A DNA stretch of 64,000 bases from assembly GCA_023920165.1 (NCBI GenBank), contig CP089275.1, positions 4,836,001-4,900,000 on the forward strand, in the 5' to 3' direction. The notes beneath the pieces were generated by a model. It saw nothing but the letters and a program-made list of their open reading frames with translations, was not told the DNA's origin and searched no databases. This DNA comes from Curvularia clavata (lineage: Eukaryota). Position numbers and translations under genes: made by a program. Below are positions 36,299 to 46,599 of the stretch, piece after piece. The stretch's first letter is position 1; the number at the start of each line of letters is the position of its first letter.

Positions 36299-38644
36299 AT
36301 GCGCTCTTTCGCACTCCTGGCAGCGGTTCTGCCGTTGATCCAGGCAATTGAGCCTCCCCGCATGCCACACCAGCCTCTTGGCAACGGTACCAAGCGCCTC
36401 AGTTACAACGAAACCACCGCCAGTCCAGGATCCCTGACCGCTTCGAGCCGTACATTCAACTGGGTCGGAACTGGAAAGGACGGCGACTACATTTTCACAT
36501 CCGCTTCTGGTGACCTTGTCTTCGAGAATGTCGCAACCGGAGAATCATCAACTTTTATCTCTGCGGATAAGATTCCAGAAGACTACTGGGACTACTTTAT
36601 CTCGCCCGATGCTAGCAAAGTCATGTGGGCTGTCAACTACACCAAGCAGTACCGCCACTCCTACTTTGCTGATTACCTGATCATGGACGTCGCATCTGGG
36701 GAGTCGGTACCTCTGGATCCCGAGCAAGCTGGCGACATCCAGTACGCCGAGTGGAGCCCTGTCTCCTCATCCCAAGTCGCATTTGTCAAGGGCAACGATC
36801 TGTACATGCACACCAACGGCACTGTTGCTCGTATCACCGAGAACGGTGGACCTGATTATTTCAACGCAGTCCCTGACTGGGTTTACGAGGAAGAAATCTT
36901 TGGCGACCGCTACACTCTCTGGTTCTCTCCCGATGGTACCAGGATTGCTTTCCTCAGCTTCAATGAGACAGGCGTTGGCACATTCAGAATCCCATACTTC
37001 ATCGAGGATAATGCTGAATACGTGCCTGTCTACCCCAATGAGCTTGAGCTGCGCTACCCAAAGGTCGGCACCAAGAATCCCGTTGTTGCTTTGAACATGC
37101 TCGAAGTTGAATCTGGAAAAGTCACCAACGTTCCAATTGACGCTTTCCCCGAAGACGACCTCGTCATCGGCGAGGTTACTTGGCTGACTGAGGGCCACGG
37201 CAAAGTCATCTACCGTGCTTACAACCGTGTTCAGGATCAGGAGAAGCTGGTCACCGTTGACGTCGAAGCTGGCTCGTCCAAGGTTACTCGCGAGCGTGAT
37301 GGTTCCGATGGATGGCTCGAGAACTTGATACAGATCCGTTATGTCGGTGCTGTTTCTGCCGGAAACACCACTTCCAGCAACTCTACTGAGTATTACCTGG
37401 ATATCTCTGACATGAGCGGCTGGGCACACATCTACCTCTTCCCAGTCGATGGTGGCGAGCCTGTTGCTCTGACTTCTGGAGAGTGGGAGGTTCTTTCCAT
37501 CCTCAAGGTCGACTATGTACGCGGTCTTATCTACTACACTTCCACCGAGCACCACAGCACAGAGTCTCACGTGTACTCTGTCAGCTTTTCTGGCAAGAAG
37601 ACTGCGCTCGTAGACGACAAGGAGGCTGCTTTCTGGACTGGATCTTTCTCGTCTGGGGGCTCTTACTATGTTCTACGCTACTCTGGCCCCGACGTTCCGT
37701 ACCAGGAATTGTACTCGCTCAACTCAAGCCAGCCCATTCGCACTATCGTCAACAACACCGCTCTGTACAACAAGCTACAGGGATACAACTTGCCCAACAT
37801 TACTTACCTTGACATGGAGCACCCTTCAGGCTACACTCTCGATGCAATGCTCCGTCTCCCACCCAACTTTGACCCAAGCAAGAAGTACCCTCTGATCCTT
37901 CTCCCATACGGTGGTCCCAACGCCAAGGAGGTGCACAAAAACTTCAACCCGCTCAACTGGAAAGCATACATTGCCTCTGACACTGAGCTCGAGTATGTCA
38001 CCCTTACCGTTGACAACCGTGGTACTGGCCGCAAGGGACGTGCCTTCCGCTCTACCGTAGCATCCAATCTGGGTCAACTCGAGGCTGAAGACCAGATCTG
38101 GGCTGCCAAGGAGCTTGCCAAGAACTCTTGGATCGACAGTGAGCACATTGGTATCTGGGGATGGTCCTATGGTGGCTACCTCTCTTCCAAGGTCGTTGAA
38201 GTCGGTGACCCAATCATCAGCTACGCCATGATCACCGCTCCCGTCAGCGACTGGCGCTTCTACGACTCCCTGTATACCGAGCGCTACATGAAGACTCCCG
38301 ACATCAACCCCGAAGGCTACAACCGCAGTCGCGTGCATGACGCCACAGGTTTCAAGAACATTGCCGGCGGTGTTGTGATCCAGCATGGTACTGGTGACGA
38401 CAATGTTCACTTCCAAAATGCAGCTGCTTTGGTAGACCTGCTAATGGTCAATATGGTCAGCCCAGAGAAGATGCAGAACACCTTCTTCACCGATTCCGAC
38501 CACAGCATCAACTTCCACAACAACGGAAAGTTCTTGTACAAGCAGTTGAGCAAGAAGTTGTTTGAGGAGAAGAACAGGAAGGGCGATAGCAAGGGTGGCC
38601 ACCAGTGGAGCAAGAGGGGCCTTGCAAAGAGGTGGATTGGTTAA
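36299..38644 (+). CDS. DPP4: Secreted dipeptidyl peptidase IV (peptidase S9B)
   Basis: Signal peptide MRSFALLAAVLPLIQA; YRHSY, DWVYEEE, YPKVG; catalytic GWSYGG / DDNVH / DSDH. Confidence 0.95.
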   Translation: MRSFALLAAVLPLIQAIEPPRMPHQPLGNGTKRLSYNETTASPGSLTASSRTFNWVGTGKDGDYIFTSASGDLVFENVATGESSTFISADKIPEDYWDYFISPDASKVMWAVNYTKQYRHSYFADYLIMDVASGESVPLDPEQAGDIQYAEWSPVSSSQVAFVKGNDLYMHTNGTVARITENGGPDYFNAVPDWVYEEEIFGDRYTLWFSPDGTRIAFLSFNETGVGTFRIPYFIEDNAEYVPVYPNELELRYPKVGTKNPVVALNMLEVESGKVTNVPIDAFPEDDLVIGEVTWLTEGHGKVIYRAYNRVQDQEKLVTVDVEAGSSKVTRERDGSDGWLENLIQIRYVGAVSAGNTTSSNSTEYYLDISDMSGWAHIYLFPVDGGEPVALTSGEWEVLSILKVDYVRGLIYYTSTEHHSTESHVYSVSFSGKKTALVDDKEAAFWTGSFSSGGSYYVLRYSGPDVPYQELYSLNSSQPIRTIVNNTALYNKLQGYNLPNITYLDMEHPSGYTLDAMLRLPPNFDPSKKYPLILLPYGGPNAKEVHKNFNPLNWKAYIASDTELEYVTLTVDNRGTGRKGRAFRSTVASNLGQLEAEDQIWAAKELAKNSWIDSEHIGIWGWSYGGYLSSKVVEVGDPIISYAMITAPVSDWRFYDSLYTERYMKTPDINPEGYNRSRVHDATGFKNIAGGVVIQHGTGDDNVHFQNAAALVDLLMVNMVSPEKMQNTFFTDSDHSINFHNNGKFLYKQLSKKLFEEKNRKGDSKGGHQWSKRGLAKRWIG

Positions 38645-39044
38645 TTTGGAGTAATTATGCATTGAGAAGAAAAGGAAAAGCAAATTAATGCTAGTTTAAT
38701 CACAACAGTTCATGATTATATTCTCGGATATGCGTGATGTAGCGTTTCCCTTGTACTGAAGTGGTCAGAAATCACCCGTACCACAACTTTAAGAAATTCA
38801 TATATGGAGACAGCAAGGTCTTTACCTTACATCATATGTTGTATGATGTTTGCACCTCTATAGTGATTTCGACCTTGTGTTTCGCGATTTTGTCCGATGG
38901 GTGCACCAAGATATGTCTAGCCCGAGGTCACGCCCTTCTTCACCCACTACTCCAACAACTGCGCCTCCGCTAGCAAGCATGGGCACCTCCAACTCCCCTC
39001 TTCCCCGTCTCCTTGAATAGCTCTCACGCCACCCTCCTGTTCAT

Positions 39045-39416
39045 CTATATCAAAAGCCCAAACGTCCACTTCACCTGCAATTGTAAATCCAACCTCTCCA
39101 AGACCCCCTTCCAATCCCCCTTCTCCCCGATATAATTCATCTGATTCAGCGCAATACCGCATGATGTCGCCAGACTATGGTATACCTGGTGGCCGAGCTT
39201 CATATAGTGGTGTGTGTAGGATATTTTTGCTGCCGAGAGCATGTGGACGCATTCTTCATATGAGGCGACGGGAAGGTTGGTCAATGGGTTGGTGGGTGTG
39301 AAATCGGAGAAATCGGAGGAGGTGGAGGCGGAGGAGGCAGAAGTGGTTGGAGAAGCGTAAAAGCGTGTAGGTTGAGGGTAGCGACGGCGCTTGGTGGTTG
39401 TTTTGGTAAGAGGCAT
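39045..39416 (-). CDS. Small hypothetical protein (123 aa)
   Basis: AAAGATG start after a CT-rich leader; Ser/Thr-rich N-half, helical C-half; no family recognised. Confidence 0.4.
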   Translation of the reverse strand: MPLTKTTTKRRRYPQPTRFYASPTTSASSASTSSDFSDFTPTNPLTNLPVASYEECVHMLSAAKISYTHHYMKLGHQVYHSLATSCGIALNQMNYIGEKGDWKGVLERLDLQLQVKWTFGLLI

Positions 39417-40538
39417 CTTTTGACCGGTAGATGTAGTGGGTTTGTTTGGTGAGGGAAAGATGGGGTTCGAGAGAGAGAGAGACTTGGAGGGAAGGGGGTT
39501 ATAAGAAATTGTCGTAGCCTTTGCAAACTTGGTGTCTTGAATTTCGGCTTGTATCTTATGTGTGGTCTTACGTGCTTGGATGCTGTGATACAAGGGTGTT
39601 TGTTGTTGAATCGGATTTAGCAAACTCTACTTCGAACGGCTTTGATTGTTGTCTTTGGGTTTTCGACATGGTGGTTACGGCTCAAAGAACAGGATGGAAA
39701 TTTCTACCATGATAATGCTGATTGAGTCTCAGCTGGTGTGATAAAATGTGCCTTGTCGTTTTTTATTGCTGCTGTAAGGCTTAAGTTGCGTTGATCTCAG
39801 TAAATAACCCGCATGTCTCAATTCCTTAGCATCCCATTTCACAAACAGGATTATAGTTGAGCACTTAACAGATTGTGAAATTCAAAAATAGCATAATCAG
39901 TCTTATGTCGACCTTGAGTACACACTTGAAGCTGTTGGGAGGAACTTGGGAGCGCTCCTGAAAGTCACATGCTGAGGCCATTGGCGTACTTAATATCAAA
40001 CACTGGTGAGATGGATGCATCGCATGCAACAACTTGAATCTCTCTCACGACATGATCGACGACCTTGACAACTTGAGAGAATCCATGCGCAAATGACAAA
40101 GATTGTTCTCGGAGACCTCTACGGCCGTGATGCGGAGGAAGTGGGTTCTGATTGGCCCAGCGCACGGACTCCTCTGAAGTGAGCTCCGTCGTGAGTTGGC
40201 TACACATTGTCTTCCTACGACAACGCCCTCACGCGCATCCGTTCTTTTTCTTTGCTGCCGCTCAAACAATTACGTGCGCACTCGGAACTCCAAGCTGTCC
40301 CTCCGGTGGAGATACGACCTAGTAATCAACGCTTTCGGACCGCTAAACCACTTGTAACATTTTGGCGTTGTGAGTAGCAGCTCGACCAACCGATTGCGAA
40401 TTCTCCCGGACAGCTTCCTCAAACCCGGTCGGGGAGACACCAGGCGATAGACCGTACCTAGACTGAAGGTGCACATCCAAGGTCTGCTCGCTGCATACTG
40501 GCCCCAGATATCTTCTAGCATCAACTACAACCCTTACA

Positions 40539-40892
40539 ATGGCACTAAACGCCTACCTGAACAGTACGCACCCTATCTCTCACTTTTTTTTCTGTGGACC
40601 CAGCTAACACAACACTAAAGAGCGCGTATCTGTCCTAACAATCGACGGGCGTGTCATGGTCGGTATCCTTCACTCGTGCGACGGCAGCATGAACCTCGTT
40701 CTCCAAGGAGCTACCGAACGCATCATACGACCAGCGGACGAGGACGTGCCCAGCGAAGAAGTTCCTTTGGGTCTTTACATTATCCGCGGTGATACCGTGG
40801 CGGTTGTGGGGCGTATAGATGAGGAGGTTGACAGCAAGATTGACTGGAGTAAAGTTCACGGCGACGTGTTGGGAAGTACAAAGCACACGTGA
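40539..40892 (+). CDS. LSM8: U6 snRNA-associated Sm-like protein Lsm8; exons 40539-40563, 40621-40892
   Basis: Intron 40564-40620 (GTACGC..GCTAAC..AAG). MALNAYLNKRVSVLTIDGR..NLVL..ERII..LGLYIIRGDTV..IDEEVD..IDWSKV covers Sm1/Sm2 and the Lsm8-type tail. Confidence 0.92.
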
Positions 40893-41308
40893 TGAGGAGG
40901 GTCTCAAGTGCTTGTGGGTGTGGAGAAAGAGAGTAGAGAGAATTTTGTGAACTTAGGATAGCCGAGGCAAGGAAATGCGCGGCGATGGAAAGGACAACAG
41001 CACAAGCGCAGTCAGAATGGCCGGAGCGCGTGGAAAGAAGTCCTGGAACCTTGTGTATATTTGGATATATGATGGCATGATACCCACGAAAGACAGCGAC
41101 AAGTAAAACGCTGAGTATGTCATTTTTCTTTCTGTTCGATTTTGGCAAGCGACGTTCGCTGACACCATAGTGATATGGAATGATTTCGTGATGATGCGAT
41201 GTAGACAATGAACCAACCCTTGACATACGCACAATATATGTTAACGCAATCTGTTATCCCTTAAACTCCCTTGCCCGTAACCCGCTATGCATTGCTCTTT
41301 TCATCGGT

Positions 41309-41959
41309 TTACTGAATACTCCTTCCTACTCCCTCTCCGATTCCCACAATATTCTTGTGATCACTCGGATTCGCCGCAGCCTCATAGAGTACACTGACCG
41401 CCTCTTTGTTCAACTTCATGAAGTCGCCCTTGAATGCCAAATAGCTAATGATCGTCTCATCTTCGCCACCCCAATTGTCCTCGAAGAACAGCGCAAGAGA
41501 CCTCGTCGTACCAAACTTTGCGCGCTTGACTCCAATCTCTTGGACCTCGCTTGTCTGACTAATCTCCAGCACTTGGGTTGGCTCCTTTTCGCTAGCAGCC
41601 TCAAAGTCGAGAGCATCTTCGTTGACAAAGACCTTGAGGGTCTTGGGGCAGGAGCCGCTCGGACTGGTGCGCAGGATGATACTGTGCAGGCGCACTTGGC
41701 CAGTAAAGGGAATCGTCATGAGGAGTTGTTCGTCGGCGCTGGATTTCAGCTCGGGCTCTGGGTCGAGGCGCTGGGCCCAGGTTTTCTGGCAGATGGCGCG
41801 ACCGCTGTTGGATTCATCTTCGTTGAGCGTGACAACCTTGGGGAAGTCGATTTGCTCGTAGAGAATGTTTTGAAGAGCGGGCGTGATATCATCGCTATGG
41901 TCGTGACCGTCGCCATGTGAGTGGTCGTGGTGCTCGTCGTGACAGTGTGAATGCGACAT
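41309..41959 (-). CDS. PITH-domain protein (PITHD1-like)
   Basis: His-rich N-terminus MSHSHCHDEHHDH; LYEQIDF..TLNE, SSADEQLLMTIPFTGQVRLHSI, YEAAANPSDHK. Confidence 0.9.
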   Translation of the reverse strand: MSHSHCHDEHHDHSHGDGHDHSDDITPALQNILYEQIDFPKVVTLNEDESNSGRAICQKTWAQRLDPEPELKSSADEQLLMTIPFTGQVRLHSIILRTSPSGSCPKTLKVFVNEDALDFEAASEKEPTQVLEISQTSEVQEIGVKRAKFGTTRSLALFFEDNWGGEDETIISYLAFKGDFMKLNKEAVSVLYEAAANPSDHKNIVGIGEGVGRSIQ

Positions 41960-42389
41960 GTTTGGGCGTGATGGAGTACTGTTTGTATTGATGTTGGGTC
42001 TTGATGGTGGGGGCGGGGTAGCTTGGGTGGAGCTTTGGTAGGTAACTGGTCCAGGTACGATGCAGGGACAGAAGGTGGGTAGAGAAGATGCAGGGAACAG
42101 AAGAGGCCTTTGCCCTGGGAAGTACGTTGTGATGTGCTGCCAAGAGAGCTGTGCGTCAAGGGAATGAATGCCAACGCATCCAGAGGGAACACGCCCTGCG
42201 CAAAAATGACTTGTCGCGAAGGTTCCATGCACGTGGTCAAGGCAATCGACCCGTGGAGCCACATCTGTATAGATACTGATTATATTTCCATGTAAATAGG
42301 AATGTGGTATCTTGGAATCATCCACCCCATGCTCAGAAACACCCAAACGCCACGCTCTAATGCCATGCCTACGCCAATCATGTACCTCC

Positions 42390-43130
42390 TCAAGCCAACA
42401 TGGGTTGCGAAGCCTGTTCAGCAGCCCGTTCTCTCGCTCTCCGCGCCGCGCGATCCTTGGCCATCTTTGCCTTCTCCTCTGGTGTGAACTGCGGCTGGAC
42501 GATGGGTGCATCAGGTAGCACGGGTACGGGGCCGTTGACCTCGGCTTCCAGGGCCTCGAGCTCATCTTCGACTTCGTCCTCGTCTTGGTTGGACATTTTG
42601 TTTGCGAGCATCTCGCTGATTTCCTGTTGCGTGCGCATCAGTATATAAGTAAACGTGAGACAGTTGGGTATCAGTACCTCCTGATAAGCCCGAGCCTCCT
42701 CGTTCTCCCCTAGGAGCTTCTCAACGTTCTCTATGCCGCCCATTTCCTTGTGGATCTCCTTAAGCACAGCAGTTCCTTGTTGTAAGCCGTACAAGACATC
42801 CTTTTGCACAAGCGCGAACTCGATGTCGCTCGTCAGCACTTCTAGCTGCGCCAGCTGCGCATCTGTCTTCGATAACAGCGTCTCTTGATACTTCTTCCTC
42901 CTCAGTGCGAGCTTCGCGCTCTTCGTGTCACCCTTGGCGAGGCATTCTTTTGCGATCTCTCTCTCGCGGTCGGTAAGGACGGTGATGCGCTTCTGGTACT
43001 GTCGTAGCTTGTCTCGTTGGTTCTTCATGTCCAGGATCGCCCTGTCTCGTTAGAACTGGAGAACCAGATATTCAAAAGCCACTGACTTGTCCTGGGCAGA
43101 GATTTTGTTGGCGCTGCTATTGTTGCCCAT
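42390..43130 (-). CDS. VPS20: ESCRT-III subunit Vps20 (CHMP6, Snf7 family), 3 exons
   Basis: MGNNSS myristoylation-type start; introns 43042-43086 and 42624-42677; ISAQDKAILDMKNQRDKL..AKLALRRKKYQE..IEFALVQKDV. Confidence 0.93.
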
Positions 43131-43928
43131 GTTGTCGAGTTATCCATGGGCATGCAAAGAGTTTGGCCGAGTCTTGGTTGTTCAAGACCGAAGCAGGGCA
43201 GGTCCGTTAGTAACAGCCATGACGCTTATCGATACGGCCCGGCATGCACGCACGCAAGATGTCACTGCGCACAGACAAAAAGCACCAACTTTGCAGCCGG
43301 TCTATGCATGCTACCATCCATGTACGAAGGAGCTAATATTTCGATACAAATTATGACACAAGTGTCTACCCTAAATGGTTGAGTGTACCTTGGTATATAA
43401 TATTATCATAGCAACATAAGCAGTGGAACTGGGTAAAAGCCTAAAGATTGATCATGTGGCTACAACAAGCTATTGTTTTGGTTGCAATGTGACTCACAGA
43501 CCGGCATATCATTCAATCAAAGCAACTCCTATAGAACAACTGTAAGTTAAGTTGTCGTTGGCACCTATTCAATGCCGCTACGTGCACTGGATGTTGAGAA
43601 CCGGTGTTTATGCTGACTCAAGATCAGATGTAACCCTTGTAGCTACCGAGAACATGACAAGATTTCGAAAGAAACAGTCATTTTCGAATCCCTAGTACGA
43701 GTGCTGTTGGCAATAGAGAGATAGAGAGATGTGCACACGACCTCGCAACTGGATTCCCTTGCCTTGGGTGAGTCCCGGCGCTAGTGTTATCGATAAGCGC
43801 GCAGCTACATAACTTTTTTGTGGACGCTCATTGCCTCCACAGCAAACATCGTCACGACAAATACCAGGCGCTTTGCCTACGTTCAAACTAGAACTTGCAC
43901 TTGTAAATACGACCAAAAAGAGCTTCCA

Positions 43929-46250
43929 ATGGTTTCCAAAGGCCGCCATTCTCTGCAAGCCGGCCTGGACAAAGACGTGTACCAGATAGTGCGAAAATAT
44001 TTGGACGAGAGAAACGAGCCAGCGGCAAAGCTTCGGCTCTCGCAGGTTTACGACTATATCCAACGATCAAATTCAAGCTTGAAACGGCGATCGAAGAAGC
44101 AGCTGGAAGACTCCATTGATCGCGTGATTGACGTTATCCGGGAGGACGAGCTTGGCGACGACGAAGACGACGAAATTGAAGACGAATTGGCTGAACTTGA
44201 AGGGAACTTTGCAATGGATGAACCCAAAGATCGGTCGGGAGATTGGATGAACCGTCAAATTGTTAGCCAATGGGCTACAAATGGCGAAAAGAGCGAGAAG
44301 AGCAAGAAGAGAGACAGCGGAAAGTCCAAGGAAGAGCGCGAGAGCAAGAGACAGAAGAAGGCGGCCGCACAAGAGAACAAAATTGATATCGCAGCGCCTA
44401 CCGGTGTGACTTTGGAAGATCTAGGAGGTGTGGACAACGTCAAAGAGCAACTCAAAGAACATTTGGTACTACCACTGCTGTGTCCACAAGAATATGCTAA
44501 CCGCAAAATCCCCATACCGCGCGGCATACTACTCCACGGACCACCAGGATGCGGAAAAACAGTCATCAGTAGAGCTTTCGCTGCCGAACTTGGCGTGCCG
44601 TTTGTCGAGATATTGGGACCATCTGTTGTATCTGGCATGTCTGGAGAATCAGAGAAGCAAGTTCGCGAACATTTCGAGAGAGCCAAAGAGGTTGCCCCAT
44701 GTCTCATCTTCATTGATGAGATTGACGTGATTGCGCCGAAACGCGACAGTGCGCAGAGCCAAATGGAAAAGAGAATAGTGGCTCAGCTTCTCATCTCTAT
44801 GGACAGTCTCGCTATGGAAGGTAACAACGGCAAACCCGTCATTGTCCTAGCCGCCACGAACCGCCCAGATAGCTTGGATCCAGCGCTTCGGCGAGGAGGA
44901 CGTTTCGATACGGAGATAAATATGGGCGTACCCAGCGAGCAGATGCGAAAATCGATTCTCCAAGCGCTTACAAGGGAACCGAAGCTATCGCCGAATGTCG
45001 ATTTTGATGTTTTGGCAAAGCGTACTGCTGGATTCGTCGGTGCTGATTTGAAGGATCTTGTCAGCAAAGCGGGAACGTGGTCAATGGATCAATACCGAAG
45101 GGCACTTGAGAAGCAAGCAGCTAGCGCGGAAGGCACGATGGATATAGACAACGCAGCTCCTCTCTACACGGGTAATCTTATGAACCAGTCGATTCGGCGT
45201 CTTATTGCACGAGTCAAAGATACGGAGGCTCCTAGGCCCGAAGGATTCGAAGATACAGCCATATCCATGGAGGCCTTTGAAGCCGTGTTACCAACTATCA
45301 CACCCTCCTCAAAGCGAGAAGGCTTTGCAACAGTACCAGACACGACATGGCGTGATGTTGGTGCTCTTGAGGGTGTACGGGAAGAGCTCGAGATGGCCAT
45401 CTGTGAGCCCATCAAAGATCCTGCTAAATTTGCTAAATTCGGCATTTCTGCGCCTACAGGAGTGCTGTTGTGGGGTCCACCAGGTTGCGGTAAAACACTC
45501 TTAGCAAAGGCTGTGGCTGCCGAGTCGAAAGCAAACTTTATCAGCGTCAAGGGACCAGAATTATTGAACAAGGTGAGTGCGCTGACTAGCACCAGTTGGA
45601 TGATCATCTTGATGGTGCTGTATTTGCCACAGTCGCATATACAACATATTTTCCGTATCATATTTGCTGACATTATTCTTCAGTATGTCGGAGAGTCAGA
45701 ACGTGCGCTCCGACAAGTCTTCATGCGCGCCCGCTCCTCGGTGCCATGCGTTATTTTCTTCGATGAGCTGGATGCTCTAGTACCCAAGCGCTCCACCGAA
45801 CTCCACGAAGCCTCCGCCCGTGTTGTAAACACTCTTCTCACTGAACTCGATGGCCTCTCCATGCGCGAAGGGATTTACCTCATCGCCGCTACCAACCGCC
45901 CCGAAATGATCGATGAAGCCATGCTCCGTCCAGGACGTCTGGAGACACTCCTATATGTTGAGCTACCTAAGCCAGAAGAGCGTGTAGATATTCTTAGTGC
46001 TCTTATGCGCCAGCGTGGAGTCATTGACCCTGCTCTCGCCGAGATTGGGCGCCAAGAACTGTGCAAAGACTTCTCTGGTGCCGATCTAGAAAGTTTACTG
46101 CGCAAAGCAGGCCAGCATGCACTGAGACGGAAGAGTGAGCGAGTAGAAGAGCTCGATCTTATCGAGGCCGCGAAAACAGTGCGGCCTAGCGTGGGAGATG
46201 TTAGGAAGTATGAGAAGCTGAGAGAAAGGTTCGAGACAAAGTTGTGGTAG
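43929..46250 (+). CDS. RIX7: Ribosome biogenesis AAA ATPase Rix7 (NVL); exons 43929-45572, 45684-46250
   Basis: N-terminal RRSKKQLEDSIDRV; D1 GPPGCGKT, VSGMSGESE, FIDEID; D2 GVLLWGPPGCGKT, PELLNK|YVGESE, FFDELD; intron 45573-45683 (GTGAGT..GCTGAC..CAG). Confidence 0.93.
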   Translation: MVSKGRHSLQAGLDKDVYQIVRKYLDERNEPAAKLRLSQVYDYIQRSNSSLKRRSKKQLEDSIDRVIDVIREDELGDDEDDEIEDELAELEGNFAMDEPKDRSGDWMNRQIVSQWATNGEKSEKSKKRDSGKSKEERESKRQKKAAAQENKIDIAAPTGVTLEDLGGVDNVKEQLKEHLVLPLLCPQEYANRKIPIPRGILLHGPPGCGKTVISRAFAAELGVPFVEILGPSVVSGMSGESEKQVREHFERAKEVAPCLIFIDEIDVIAPKRDSAQSQMEKRIVAQLLISMDSLAMEGNNGKPVIVLAATNRPDSLDPALRRGGRFDTEINMGVPSEQMRKSILQALTREPKLSPNVDFDVLAKRTAGFVGADLKDLVSKAGTWSMDQYRRALEKQAASAEGTMDIDNAAPLYTGNLMNQSIRRLIARVKDTEAPRPEGFEDTAISMEAFEAVLPTITPSSKREGFATVPDTTWRDVGALEGVREELEMAICEPIKDPAKFAKFGISAPTGVLLWGPPGCGKTLLAKAVAAESKANFISVKGPELLNKVSALTSTSWMIILMVLYLPQSHIQHIFRIIFADIILQYVGESERALRQVFMRARSSVPCVIFFDELDALVPKRSTELHEASARVVNTLLTELDGLSMREGIYLIAATNRPEMIDEAMLRPGRLETLLYVELPKPEERVDILSALMRQRGVIDPALAEIGRQELCKDFSGADLESLLRKAGQHALRRKSERVEELDLIEAAKTVRPSVGDVRKYEKLRERFETKLW

Positions 46251-46599
46251 TTGTCACAGATAGCTATAGACGATGGTTGTTGTTTGAGTTACGATAACTG
46301 CTTCAGCTACAGAACTTAACAACATTATTTTGGCTTGGTATTGATTTCTAGGTAAGCGCATTAATTTAGACTTCGTGCTAAGAGTATTTTCAGTAGATAG
46401 TGGCATTTTCTGGACTTCACTCGTCCACTCAAAATCCAATCCTGTGTACTCAACCATGTCAGACCTTACCTGCTCGTCTAGAACTGATAGCAATGTACCT
46501 ATAATATACCTGTATGAGCTTGTACTACACAAAAGAGGTGTCAGCAACTCATCCAAGTCAAGGTGGAAATCTAGCGTGGACCAGCTTCATGTAAAAAGA

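Noticed and set aside
24212..39879. Shared motif AGCACTTAAC..TTGTGAA upstream of two orphan genes (24212, 39860)
   Set aside because: A match of this size with variable spacing is about what chance gives in 64 kb, and the distances to the ATGs differ.
43818..43928. N-terminal extension of RIX7
   Set aside because: Starts at TTG, which is not a normal eukaryotic start; ATG 43929 fits the family.
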